Below are positions 19,628-27,697 of a DNA stretch of 32,000 nucleotides, in pieces. Source of the stretch: Pseudidiomarina andamanensis (GTDB lineage Bacteria > Pseudomonadota > Gammaproteobacteria > Enterobacterales > Alteromonadaceae); contig NZ_CP032551.1 of the NCBI RefSeq assembly GCF_009734345.1, positions 510,001 through 542,000 of the forward strand. The letters are read 5' to 3'. How positions within the stretch are numbered: position 1 is the stretch's first letter; each line of letters opens with the position of its first letter. A program made the translations under genes and the position numbers. The notes below the pieces were generated by a model. That model searched no databases. It was not told where the DNA came from and saw only the letters and a program-made list of their open reading frames with translations.

Positions 19628-20645
19628 CGATTTCCTTCCTTACCTGCGGGTAACGCCAAGCGTGTACGAGATCGACCAGTACATTCACGAAAAGAATCAA
19701 CGAAGCAAGAATCAAAAGCCCTGCTTGAATCACCGGGAAATCACGTTCGTAAATGCTTTTTACCAACCAACTACCAAGCCCAGGCCAATTGAAAATAACT
19801 TCCGTGATAACAATATTGGTCATGAGGACACTAAATTGTAGCCCCAACTGACGAATTACCGGCTGTAGCGCATTGGGCAGCGTGTGGCGGAACATGATGG
19901 TAGCGTCACTTAATCCACGCGCTCGTGCAGCTTTGATGAAATTCTGCTGTAACACATCAAGTACGGCGTTGCGCATGATACGTATCAGCATTGTCAGCGG
20001 CATGATTGCGAGCACAATAACGGGTACCCACAGGTGGTTTAGTGCATCGGAAAGTGCCGCGGCTTTAAACTCAGTATCACTTAGCCAGATATCAATGAGA
20101 ATTGAGCCGGTTTGAGTTTCGATGGCATAAAGCGGATTGATTTGTCCGGAGATAGGGCTCCAGCCCAGCTTTACCGCAAATAATAAAATGAATAACTGCG
20201 CCAACCAGAATACTGGAATGGAATAGGCACTCAGACTAATCCCCATGATCACGCGATCAATCGGGCCGCGTTGCTGTACTGCGGCATAAACACCCAGCGG
20301 AATACCCAGTACCATGGCCAACAGCATCGCCAGCAAACCAAGTTCTACCGTGGCGCCGAGTAGCGGCTTAATCTCATCAAATACCGGTTGTTGTGTTACC
20401 AGCGATAAGCCCCAGTCACCTTGAAATAGATGACTCACAAATTGACCATATTGACTGATGATGCCATCGTCGAAGCCCCGCGCAACTTGAGCTTGCTGGT
20501 AGGCAAGGGTATCGTTACTCGCAATACCTGTCATATTGGTTAAGCTGTCACCCGGGTACCAATAGTTGAGCGAAAATATCAACAGCGAAAGCAGCCATAA
20601 GGTGACAAGTAACAATACTATTCTGCGTAAACTATAACGGAGCAT
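19617..20645 (-). CDS. sapB: ABC transporter permease SapB
   Basis: 342 aa, a DppB/OppB-class permease (ARARGLS... motif region). Overlaps sapA and sapC. Confidence 0.8.
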   Translation of the reverse strand: MLRYSLRRIVLLLVTLWLLSLLIFSLNYWYPGDSLTNMTGIASNDTLAYQQAQVARGFDDGIISQYGQFVSHLFQGDWGLSLVTQQPVFDEIKPLLGATVELGLLAMLLAMVLGIPLGVYAAVQQRGPIDRVIMGISLSAYSIPVFWLAQLFILLFAVKLGWSPISGQINPLYAIETQTGSILIDIWLSDTEFKAAALSDALNHLWVPVIVLAIMPLTMLIRIMRNAVLDVLQQNFIKAARARGLSDATIMFRHTLPNALQPVIRQLGLQFSVLMTNIVITEVIFNWPGLGSWLVKSIYERDFPVIQAGLLILASLILFVNVLVDLVHAWRYPQVRKEIDAE

Positions 20646-22254
20646 CAGTCACCCTTCGCGCGTAGCGGAAATTGATACCACCGTATGGCGGCAGTTCAAC
20701 ACCTTCTATATCATCTCGGTGCGCCTGAAAACGCAACGAGTTTGCAATAGGTACAAGCGGTGCTTGCTGCATCACGAAATCTTCAATTGCCTGGTACAGG
20801 TGTTTGCGCTGATCTAAATCACTTTCTGTGATGGCATCGACGAGCAATTGATCAAATTCAGGGTTACACCATTGAGCGCGGTTATTTCCCGAACGCGCAG
20901 CCGCGCAGCTTAGCGTTGGTCTAAAAAAGTTATCAGGGTCGGCGTTGTCGGCAACCCAACCAATCAACACGCTATCGTGCTCGCCATTCACGAGGCGTTG
21001 CCGAAACGTATTCCATTCGTAACTCACTATGTTGGCTTGAACACCGACTTGAGCTAAGTCAGATTGAATCAGTTCCGCCATACGATGTGCGTTTGGGTTA
21101 TAGGCACGTTGCACTGGCATTGCCCAAATGTCCATACTAAAACCGTTTGGGAAACCAGCTTCAGCAAGCAATTCGCGAGCTTTTGCAGGATCATACGGAT
21201 AGGTTTGCTGCACCGGACTATAGGCCCACGAGGTTTCCGGCAACATACCAGTTGCTAGACGGGCATTGCCATCATAAATGGTCTGTATAATTGCCGGGCG
21301 ATTGATGGCGTGGGCTAACGCACGTCGAACAACCACATTATCAAATGGCGGATGCTGCGTATTAAACGCCCAAAAAGAGACATTCGGGCTAACTGAACTG
21401 CCCACTTGAATTTTTGCATCTTGATCAAGTTGTGATAGCTCATTCACAAGCGGGTAGGGAATAACGTCGCATTCCCCAGTCAGCAATTTCAGCATACGCT
21501 TATTCGCATTTGGGGTAATCACGTACACCAACGTTTTAATTTCTGGTTGTTCCCGCCAATACCCTTCATGGGCACTGTAACGAATGACAAAATCTTTGCG
21601 AAACATTTCAAATTCAAAAGGCCCCGTGCCTACTGGTAACCGGTCAATTTGTTCAGGATTGCCTTCTGCAATGAGCTGCTGCGCGTATTCGGCTGACAAT
21701 ATCACCGCAAAATCAGTGGCCAAATTCGCTAAAAACGAATTATCTGATTGGACGAGATGAAAATCGACGGTGTAGTCATCAATTTTTTCGACTTTTTCGA
21801 TAAGTTTGATTAAGCCACTTGAACGGAAAAACGGGTAACGGCCGCCGTTTACCTCATGGTAGACGTGTTGTTGATTCAGCCAGCGCTGAAAGCTAAACAA
21901 AACATCGTCAGCATTAAATGTGCGGGTTGGCGTAAACCAGTCGGTATCATGAAACTGAACATTTTCACGCAAATTAAAGCGATAGCGTCGGCCTTGATCG
22001 AACGCTTGCCAACCGCGAGCCAGCGCTGGGACAAACTGTTGTTGCTTGGCATCGTAATCCAGTAACCGATCATAAAGCTGTGCCGATGTGGCGTCTACGG
22101 TCGTACCCGAAGTCACCAATTGCGGATTAAAAATTTCTGGATTACCTTCCGAGCAGTAGACCAAACCATCTTGATAGACCTCACTGTCAGTTTGTACCGG
22201 ACCGCAAGCGGCCAGCACTAATGTACCTGACGCGATCATCAATTGTTTGAACAT
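20632..22254 (-). CDS. sapA: Family-5 substrate-binding protein SapA; predicted lipoprotein
   Basis: 540 aa, an Opp/Dpp/Sap family-5 SBP and the first gene of the transporter set. The N-terminus MFKQLMIASGTLVLAAC carries a lipobox (LAAC). Its ATG overlaps the pspF stop (TAATG). Confidence 0.78.
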   Translation of the reverse strand: MFKQLMIASGTLVLAACGPVQTDSEVYQDGLVYCSEGNPEIFNPQLVTSGTTVDATSAQLYDRLLDYDAKQQQFVPALARGWQAFDQGRRYRFNLRENVQFHDTDWFTPTRTFNADDVLFSFQRWLNQQHVYHEVNGGRYPFFRSSGLIKLIEKVEKIDDYTVDFHLVQSDNSFLANLATDFAVILSAEYAQQLIAEGNPEQIDRLPVGTGPFEFEMFRKDFVIRYSAHEGYWREQPEIKTLVYVITPNANKRMLKLLTGECDVIPYPLVNELSQLDQDAKIQVGSSVSPNVSFWAFNTQHPPFDNVVVRRALAHAINRPAIIQTIYDGNARLATGMLPETSWAYSPVQQTYPYDPAKARELLAEAGFPNGFSMDIWAMPVQRAYNPNAHRMAELIQSDLAQVGVQANIVSYEWNTFRQRLVNGEHDSVLIGWVADNADPDNFFRPTLSCAAARSGNNRAQWCNPEFDQLLVDAITESDLDQRKHLYQAIEDFVMQQAPLVPIANSLRFQAHRDDIEGVELPPYGGINFRYARRVTDAPL

Positions 22255-23360
22255 TAACCTTGTCCCTCTAGCAACGCATACTTTTTTAAGTAGCCACGTA
22301 ACTGATGATAGGTTAGTCCTAGTAGCTCTGCTGTTTTCTTTTGGTTAAATTGTGCGTGTTGTAATGCCCGCTGAATAACTTCAATTTCAAATTCAGCAGT
22401 AATTTCTTTGAAATCAATTCCGCCGTCATCAAAATCAACGCAGACACCAACAGATTCAGAGCTCGATGATGGTGCTGCAGGTAGCGTGTTCTCAGTGTCT
22501 TTTTCCGGATTAGGGGCTTTGCTGGCTTGTTCCGTTTTCTGTGTGTTGGTTTCACGATGTGTTGCAGGTGCTGGTCGATAAGGACTATGAAACGGATCGA
22601 TCACAATGTCGCTGACTGGCAGATGACCACTACCGATACGATAAACAGAACGTTCGATGACATTCTTAAGTTCTCGAACATTACCTGGCCAGTGGTAATC
22701 AAGTAGCATTTTTCGAGCTTGCTCGGTAAACCCACTGAATAGTTCATAATCTAATTCACGCGCCATTTGAATAGCGAAATGTTCGGCTAGTACCAATATA
22801 TCTTCACGTCGCTCGCGTAGTGGAGGTAGCGTAATAACGTCAAACGCAAGGCGATCGAGTAAGTCAGCTCTAAATTCGCCTGATTCAGCAAGGCTTGGAA
22901 GATCTTCATTGGTGGCAGCTATCAGTCGGGTGTCGACGCGGACAGTTTTCGTACCACCGACACGCTCAAACTCACCATATTCAATAACGCGCAGAATTTT
23001 TTCCTGGACTAAAGCAGAGGTGTTCGCTAGTTCATCAAGGAATAAGCTACCGCCGTCAGCACGTTCAAAACGGCCTTCATGGCGCTTTTGCGCGCCGGTA
23101 AACGCGCCCGCTTCATGACCAAATAGCTCGCTTTCTAGAAGACTCTCGCTGAGAGCGGCACAGTTTAATTTGACGTAATTCTGTTCCCAGCGTTTCGACA
23201 AGAAATGCAATCGGGCGGCAATCAATTCCTTCCCGGTGCCACGTTCGCCAATTATTAATACAGGTTTATTGAGAGGAGCGATTTGAGAAACTTGCTCAAG
23301 AACGGCGAGAAAGCTGTTAGCTTGTCCGATTAAATTATCAGCTTCGCGGAAGCGACTCAT
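22254..23360 (-). CDS. pspF: Phage-shock-protein operon transcriptional activator PspF (sigma-54 enhancer-binding protein without a receiver domain)
   Basis: Collinear with E. coli PspF from NLIGQANSFLAVLEQVSQIAPLNKPVLIIGERGTGKE. The GAFTGA loop is present (ELFGHEAGAFTGAQ) and the C-terminal HTH is KKTAELLGLTYHQLRGYLKKY. I prefer the ATG at 23360 over the GTG at 23372. The linker between the AAA+ domain and the HTH is longer and low-complexity compared with E. coli. Divergent from pspA. Confidence 0.93.
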   Translation of the reverse strand: MSRFREADNLIGQANSFLAVLEQVSQIAPLNKPVLIIGERGTGKELIAARLHFLSKRWEQNYVKLNCAALSESLLESELFGHEAGAFTGAQKRHEGRFERADGGSLFLDELANTSALVQEKILRVIEYGEFERVGGTKTVRVDTRLIAATNEDLPSLAESGEFRADLLDRLAFDVITLPPLRERREDILVLAEHFAIQMARELDYELFSGFTEQARKMLLDYHWPGNVRELKNVIERSVYRIGSGHLPVSDIVIDPFHSPYRPAPATHRETNTQKTEQASKAPNPEKDTENTLPAAPSSSSESVGVCVDFDDGGIDFKEITAEFEIEVIQRALQHAQFNQKKTAELLGLTYHQLRGYLKKYALLEGQG

Positions 23361-23503
23361 GGCTAGCACCACGCTGTTATTATCGTTATTGGTGAATTTG
23401 ACTAATTATTAGTGTATTTCATAAGCGCAGGGCGTCAAATCATTTTTTGCCAAAACCGAAAAAAATCAATGAAATTAAGCGGGTTAGAGCAATTTATAAA
23501 AGT

Positions 23504-23519
23504 TGGCACGGTATCTGCA
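23504..23519 (+). promoter_or_regulatory. Sigma-54 (-24/-12) promoter of pspABC
   Basis: TGGCACGGTATCTGCA matches TGGCAC-N5-TTGCA. GG is at 23505-06 and GC at 23517-18 with canonical spacing. It lies about 57 nt upstream of the pspA ATG and inside the spurious N-terminal extension of the ORF-track pspA. Confidence 0.88.
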
Positions 23520-23575
23520 TAATATTTCAGCGAACAATAATCAAATTTCTATTGACGCTTTATGAGGACACAAAC

Positions 23576-24253
23576 ATGGGTATCTTTACACGTTTTACAG
23601 ATATCGTAAATTCAAACCTGAACGCATTATTGGATAAGGCTGAAGATCCGGAAAAAATGGTTCGTCTTATTATTCAGGAAATGGAAGACACATTAGTTGA
23701 GGTTCGCTCGACATCAGCTCGCTTAATTGCTGAGAAGAAAGACACTGAACGTCAACTAGCGCGTTTCGAGAAGGAAGTTGCTGAGTGGGAAGCGAAAGCT
23801 GAATTAGCACTGAGTAAAGACCGCGATGACTTAGCGCGCTTAGCACTTGTTGAGAAACAAAAAGCTGCGACTGATGCGCAAAGCTTACAAGCGGATATCA
23901 CTCGTATTGACGAACACTTGAACCGTTTGGGTGAAGAAGTGGGGCAACTGCAAGAAAAATTGGCAGATGCCAAAGCTCGTCAGAAAACGATTATCATGCG
24001 TCAACGCGCAGTTAGCAGCCGTTTAGAAGTTAAAAAACGCATTGATAGTGGCAAAATCGACGATGCAATGTTGCGCTTTGAGCGATTTGAATCAAAAATT
24101 GATGACTTAGAGTCGCAAGTTGAAGCTTACGATCTTGGCAAGAAGACCTTGCGTGATGAATTTGCGCAATTAGAAACTGATGACAAGATTACCGACGAGC
24201 TTGAGGCTTTAAAAGCCCGCGTTAAGAAAGATAAGACGGATAAAAACGCTTAA
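23576..24253 (+). CDS. pspA: Phage shock protein A
   Basis: MGIFTRFTDIVNSNLNALLDKAEDPEKMVRLIIQEMEDTLVEVRSTSAR is nearly identical in register to the E. coli PspA N-terminus, followed by coiled-coil sequence. The true start is the ATG at 23576, not 23447. Confidence 0.96.
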   Translation: MGIFTRFTDIVNSNLNALLDKAEDPEKMVRLIIQEMEDTLVEVRSTSARLIAEKKDTERQLARFEKEVAEWEAKAELALSKDRDDLARLALVEKQKAATDAQSLQADITRIDEHLNRLGEEVGQLQEKLADAKARQKTIIMRQRAVSSRLEVKKRIDSGKIDDAMLRFERFESKIDDLESQVEAYDLGKKTLRDEFAQLETDDKITDELEALKARVKKDKTDKNA

Positions 24254-24282
24254 TTCGCGGAATGTTTACCAAGCCATGATAG

Positions 24283-24312
24283 CGGGTGTCGCGCTAGGCA
24301 CCCGAACTTTTT
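24283..24312 (+). terminator. Possible intra-operon attenuator/terminator between pspA and pspB
   Basis: An 8-bp stem CGGGTGTC (24283-24290) / GGCACCCG (24297-24304, one G-U pair), a 6-nt loop, then AAC and T5 (24308-12). Confidence 0.4.
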
Positions 24313-24335
24313 GAACGACGAGAGATGAGAAGCAC

Positions 24336-24572
24336 ATGGATATTATAGCCCCACTAATTGGCGCACCGATTATTCTATTTATGATTTTTGTGGCGCCAAT
24401 TTGGATCATCATGCATTACCGTAGCCAGCGTAAAATTGGTCAAGGCTTGAGCCAAGACGAATTGCTACAACTACAGGAGCTAGCGCATCAGGCGGAACGG
24501 ATGCGTGATCGAATTAAAACCCTAGAATCAATTCTAGATGCGGAGTCACCAAAATGGAGAGACCGCGTATGA
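24336..24572 (+). CDS. pspB: Phage shock protein B
   Basis: 78 aa with one N-terminal TM segment followed by a charged helix (IIMHYRSQRK...LQELAHQAERMRDRIKTLESILD). Position between pspA and pspC. Confidence 0.9.
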   Translation: MDIIAPLIGAPIILFMIFVAPIWIIMHYRSQRKIGQGLSQDELLQLQELAHQAERMRDRIKTLESILDAESPKWRDRV

Positions 24573-24964
24573 GCCAGGATAACTGTCAACGCAGAACACT
24601 AATGCGCGATAAAGCTAAAGGCAAAATTGCCGGGGTATGCGCAGGTATCGCTGAGTACTTTAATATTGAAGTGTGGTTGGTACGTATTATCGCCGTCACA
24701 GCACTTATTTTCAGTTCAAGCTTTGTAGCCGTCATTTATATTGCGATGTGGTTCATTCTTGATGAAAAAAAGCCGAATCCAGCCGACCAGCCATCGCATC
24801 ATCTTGGCGTTAAAACCAAAGTCTGGCAGGCTGGTGAGCCACCACAGCGAGCGTTTCGCGATATTAACCAAGAGTTTAGTGAATTAGAGCAGTCGTTACA
24901 GCGCATTGAGCGGTATATCACGTCAAATGCTTATAAGATTGATCGCGAGCTCGATCGACTGTAA
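24569..24964 (+). CDS. pspC: Phage shock protein C
   Basis: The PspC domain KGKIAGVCAGIAEYFNIEVWLVRIIAV resembles E. coli PspC (GMVRGVCAGIANYLDVPVKLVRIL), followed by a TM segment and a C-terminal leucine-zipper-like region. I prefer the ATG at 24569 (ATGA overlap with the pspB stop, GGAGAG 7 nt upstream). An in-frame ATG at 24554 is an alternative. Confidence 0.9.
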   Translation: MSQDNCQRRTLMRDKAKGKIAGVCAGIAEYFNIEVWLVRIIAVTALIFSSSFVAVIYIAMWFILDEKKPNPADQPSHHLGVKTKVWQAGEPPQRAFRDINQEFSELEQSLQRIERYITSNAYKIDRELDRL

Positions 24965-25010
24965 CGCGACGAAATAGTTAGCAACACAGCGCACAAGTAC
25001 ACCGTGAATA

Positions 25011-25046
25011 CCCCGTTGTTCGGTTCTTCCGACAGCGGGGTTTTTT
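25011..25046 (+). terminator. Rho-independent terminator of pspABC
   Basis: CCCCGTTGT (25011-25019) pairs with ACAGCGGGG (25032-25040, one G-U pair) and is followed by T6 (25041-25046). Confidence 0.8.
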
Positions 25047-25053
25047 ATGCAAG

Positions 25054-25071
25054 TGGCAAATTTCCGTTACA
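25054..25071. promoter_or_regulatory. Weak candidate TyrR box upstream of megL-phhAB
   Basis: TGGCAA-ATTTCC-GTTACA matches TGTAAA-N6-TTTACA at 9 of 12 positions and keeps the G-N14-C core. It lies about 90 nt upstream of the megL ATG. Confidence 0.3.
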
Positions 25072-25160
25072 GTAAAACATGATCAACATCAAAGTTAGCT
25101 GTTGCGTTCAAATCAGCGTGAATGCAATCTGATGTGCAACAACGAGGAGATATTCTGCCA

Positions 25161-26402
25161 ATGCGCACCAACAATAAAGATAAATCGCAATGGCAGCCAG
25201 CGACAGTGACAATTCATGGCGGTAAACGTCGTGATGAACATGGCGCTTTGGTTGCACCACTGTATCAAACGGCGACATTTTCATTTACGAATACGGCGCA
25301 AGGGTCAGCTCGTTTTGCTGGCGAAGAAGAAGGTTATATTTATAGTCGCTTGGGTAACCCAACGGTCACCGAACTAGAAGAACGTGTTGCTGCGCTGGAA
25401 GGGTTTCCTGCTGCTGCGGCCGCCGCTACGGGTATGGGCGCGGTGTCAGCCAGTATGCTCGCATTTGTTGAACAAGGCGACCATGTCTTGGTATCAGACG
25501 CGATTTATGGTTGTAGCTTTGCCTTGTTCTCACATTTGTTCACGAAGTTTGGCATTACTGTCGACTTTGTCGACATGGCGGATTTAGCGAAAACGCGTGC
25601 CGCGATACGTCCAAATACGAAATTGGTATTCCTTGAATCGCCAGTTAACCCGCATTTGAAAGTGATTGATATTCAAGCGATTGCCGATATTGCTCACGAA
25701 GTGAATGCGCGCTTGGTTGTTGATAATACGTTTATGACGCCACTATTGCAGCAACCGCGGAAGCAAGGTGCTGATTTAGTACTTCACAGTGCGACTAAAT
25801 ATCTCAATGGTCACGGCGACGTCGTAGCTGGCATTGTGTGTGGTAGCGAAGAAGATATTGAATTGATTAAATTAACCACATTAAAAGATATGGGCGCTAC
25901 CATGAGCCCACACGATGCTTGGTTAATATTGCGTGGTCTAAAGACCCTCGATGTCCGTATGGAACGTCATTGTGCAAACGCAGTCAAAGTAGCTGAGTAT
26001 TTACGCGATAAAGATCTGGTTAAAACTATTTATTTCCCGGGCTTTGCGGACCATCCAGCGCAGGCTTTGATGGGTACGCAGATGCATGGGGCAGGTGCAG
26101 TCATTGCCTTTGAATTACACGGTGATATCAATACTGCACGGCAATTATTAGATAGCTTACATTTAATTACGATTGCAGTGAGTTTAGGCGATGCAGAAAC
26201 ATTAATTCAGCATCCAGCTTCGATGACGCACTCACCCTATACGCCAGAAGCGCGAGCTGCTGCGGGTATCAGTGATACGCTGATTCGTATTTCAGTGGGG
26301 CTTGAGGCCGTCGAAGATATTATTGCTGATTTGGAACAAGCGTTTGCTGCTTGCGCCAACAGCCAAATAACAACAACAGGGGAACAAGTACGCTATGGGT
26401 AA
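25161..26402 (+). CDS. megL: Methionine gamma-lyase-type PLP enzyme (Cys/Met metabolism PLP-dependent family)
   Basis: Collinear with Pseudomonas putida MGL as I recall it (GALV.P.YQTATF.F......G...FAGEE.GY.YSR.GNPT; SATKYLNGHGDV.AG with the PLP lysine; AVSLGDAE.L.QHPASMTHS.YTPE; RISVGLE). I prefer the ATG at 25161 (GAGGAGA 10 nt upstream) over 25122. Confidence 0.85.
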   Translation: MRTNNKDKSQWQPATVTIHGGKRRDEHGALVAPLYQTATFSFTNTAQGSARFAGEEEGYIYSRLGNPTVTELEERVAALEGFPAAAAAATGMGAVSASMLAFVEQGDHVLVSDAIYGCSFALFSHLFTKFGITVDFVDMADLAKTRAAIRPNTKLVFLESPVNPHLKVIDIQAIADIAHEVNARLVVDNTFMTPLLQQPRKQGADLVLHSATKYLNGHGDVVAGIVCGSEEDIELIKLTTLKDMGATMSPHDAWLILRGLKTLDVRMERHCANAVKVAEYLRDKDLVKTIYFPGFADHPAQALMGTQMHGAGAVIAFELHGDINTARQLLDSLHLITIAVSLGDAETLIQHPASMTHSPYTPEARAAAGISDTLIRISVGLEAVEDIIADLEQAFAACANSQITTTGEQVRYG

Positions 26403-27198
26403 ACAAAGCAACTATGTTTCACGACAGCCGGACGAAAACGGTATTATTGCGTGGAGTGATGAAGAAAATGCAGTTTGGCACGACCTTGTCGAGCGCCAAC
26501 TTAAACATATTCCTGGCAAAGCCTGTGATGAATACATGCATGGCTTAGATTTATTGAATTTGCCACATGACAGAATTCCACAACTTCATGAAATCAATGA
26601 AGTGTTGCAAGAAACAACAGGTTGGCAAGTTGCGCAAGTACCAGCGTTGATTCCATTTGATGAGTTTTTCCGCTTGTTGGCGAATAAACAGTTCCCAGTG
26701 GCCACGTTTATTCGTACTCGTGAAGAATTTGATTACTTGCAAGAGCCCGATATCTTTCACGAGATTTTCGGACACTGTCCATTGTTAACGAACCCGGCAT
26801 TCGCTCATTTTACCCATCAATATGGTAAATTGGGCTTGAATGCGACGCCGAAAGAGCGTGTTTATTTAGCACGTCTCTATTGGTTTACAGTTGAGTTCGG
26901 GTTATTGAACACGAAAGATGGCTTGCGTATTTATGGCGGCGGTATTTTATCGTCACCTGGCGAAACTGAATATGCGATTTTTAGTGACAAGCCAGAACGT
27001 AAGCCGCTGGTACCGTTGGATGCATTACGAACGCCGTATCGTATTGATATTATGCAGCCAATTTATTACACGATTGAAAGTACCGATCGGTTATTTGAAA
27101 TTGCCGACTTGGACATTATGGCGCTGGTACGCGAAGCAATGGAGCTCGGATTATTTGAGCCGAAGTTTCCGCCAAAGCCGAAAACCGACGCCGCGTAA
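26395..27198 (+). CDS. phhA: Phenylalanine 4-hydroxylase
   Basis: 267 aa, the size of bacterial PhhA. Iron ligands lie in PDIFHEIFGHCPLL and YWFTVEFGL; GGGILSS is present. It is followed by phhB. The ATG overlaps the megL 3' end by 8 nt. Confidence 0.93.
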   Translation: MGKQSNYVSRQPDENGIIAWSDEENAVWHDLVERQLKHIPGKACDEYMHGLDLLNLPHDRIPQLHEINEVLQETTGWQVAQVPALIPFDEFFRLLANKQFPVATFIRTREEFDYLQEPDIFHEIFGHCPLLTNPAFAHFTHQYGKLGLNATPKERVYLARLYWFTVEFGLLNTKDGLRIYGGGILSSPGETEYAIFSDKPERKPLVPLDALRTPYRIDIMQPIYYTIESTDRLFEIADLDIMALVREAMELGLFEPKFPPKPKTDAA

Positions 27199-27239
27199 AA
27201 GCTATTGTTAGAAACTTATAGATGTAAATCGAGGAACGA

Positions 27240-27584
27240 ATGTCAGAACTAAAACAACAAACATGTGAAGCTTGTAACGCCAATGCACCAAAGGTGAGTG
27301 ACGCTGAACTAGCTGAACTTATTCGCGAAATTCCTGAGTGGGCGCCTGTGGTTCGTGACGGTGTGATGCAACTTGAGCGTGAATTCAAATTTAAGAACTT
27401 CAAACAAGCGCTCGCATTTACCAATAAAGTAGGTGAAATAGCCGAAGCTGAATTCCATCACCCAACACTGGTGACCGAATGGGGTAAAGTAACGGTTACT
27501 TGGTGGACCCATGCAATCAATGGTCTGCACAAGAACGACTTTATCATGGCCGCGCGCACTGACGCCGTGTTAAATGCTGAGTAA
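27240..27584 (+). CDS. phhB: Pterin-4a-carbinolamine dehydratase
   Basis: 114 aa with the conserved E-x3-HHP motif ([10 protein letters not shown]). GAGGAA Shine-Dalgarno. Classical phhA-phhB pairing. Confidence 0.93.
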   Translation: MSELKQQTCEACNANAPKVSDAELAELIREIPEWAPVVRDGVMQLEREFKFKNFKQALAFTNKVGEIAEAEFHHPTLVTEWGKVTVTWWTHAINGLHKNDFIMAARTDAVLNAE

Positions 27585-27620
27585 ATAACGACCAATAGAA
27601 CTGCTCGGACGACTTAAAAA

Positions 27621-27655
27621 AGCCCTCGTGGATGGTTATCCCGAGGGCTTTTTTG
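27621..27655 (+). terminator. Rho-independent terminator after phhB
   Basis: AGCCCTCG(T)GGAT - GGTT - ATCCCGAGGGCT: 12 bp of stem with one bulge (27621-27649), preceded by an A-run and followed by T6. It lies inside the ORF-track N-terminal extension of tyrR, which is therefore spurious. Confidence 0.9.
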
Positions 27656-27673
27656 TGTATACTTTGCTTTACA
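27656..27673. promoter_or_regulatory. TyrR box in the tyrR upstream region (probable autoregulation)
   Basis: TGTATA-CTTTGC-TTTACA matches TGTAAA-N6-TTTACA at 10 of 12 positions. It lies 25 nt upstream of the tyrR ATG and overlaps a -10-like TATACT (27658-27663). Confidence 0.65.
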
Positions 27674-27697
27674 CATAGTCTAACAAAGCTGCTATTT

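Noticed and set aside
22380-22620. The extended low-complexity linker in PspF (about 40 residues longer than E. coli, Pro/Ser/Thr/Glu-rich).
   Set aside because: Inter-domain linkers of enhancer-binding proteins vary freely in length. There is no repeat or motif content suggesting an added domain.
23464-23477. An IHF-like site (AATCAATGAAATTA) between pspF and the pspA sigma-54 promoter.
   Set aside because: The position is right by analogy with E. coli psp. However, the match to WATCAA-N4-TTR is off by one nucleotide in the spacer. I could not delimit PspF UAS repeats either, so the evidence is too weak to annotate.
23447-23575. The N-terminal 43-codon extension of pspA in the ORF track.
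   Set aside because: The extension contains the sigma-54 promoter (23504-23519). Alignment with E. coli PspA begins exactly at the ATG at 23576 (MGIF.RF.DIVN).
25053-25070. The TGGCA motif upstream of megL as a sigma-54 -24 element, which would fit PhhR-type control.
   Set aside because: The required GC at the -12 position (10 nt after GG) is absent: the sequence reads TGGCAAATTTCCGTT. The TyrR encoded here also lacks the GAFTGA loop. The motif fits better as a weak TyrR half-site pair.
25047-25132. Mini-ORFs upstream of megL (MQVANFRYSKT, 25047-25082; MINIKVSCCVQISVNAI, 25079-25132) as possible leader peptides.
   Set aside because: They have no Shine-Dalgarno, no run of regulatory Phe, Tyr or Met codons, and no alternative terminator/antiterminator structure downstream.
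27632-27697. The N-terminal 22-codon extension of tyrR in the ORF track.
   Set aside because: It runs through the phhB terminator hairpin and the TyrR box. Alignment with E. coli TyrR starts at MRLE (the ATG at 27698).
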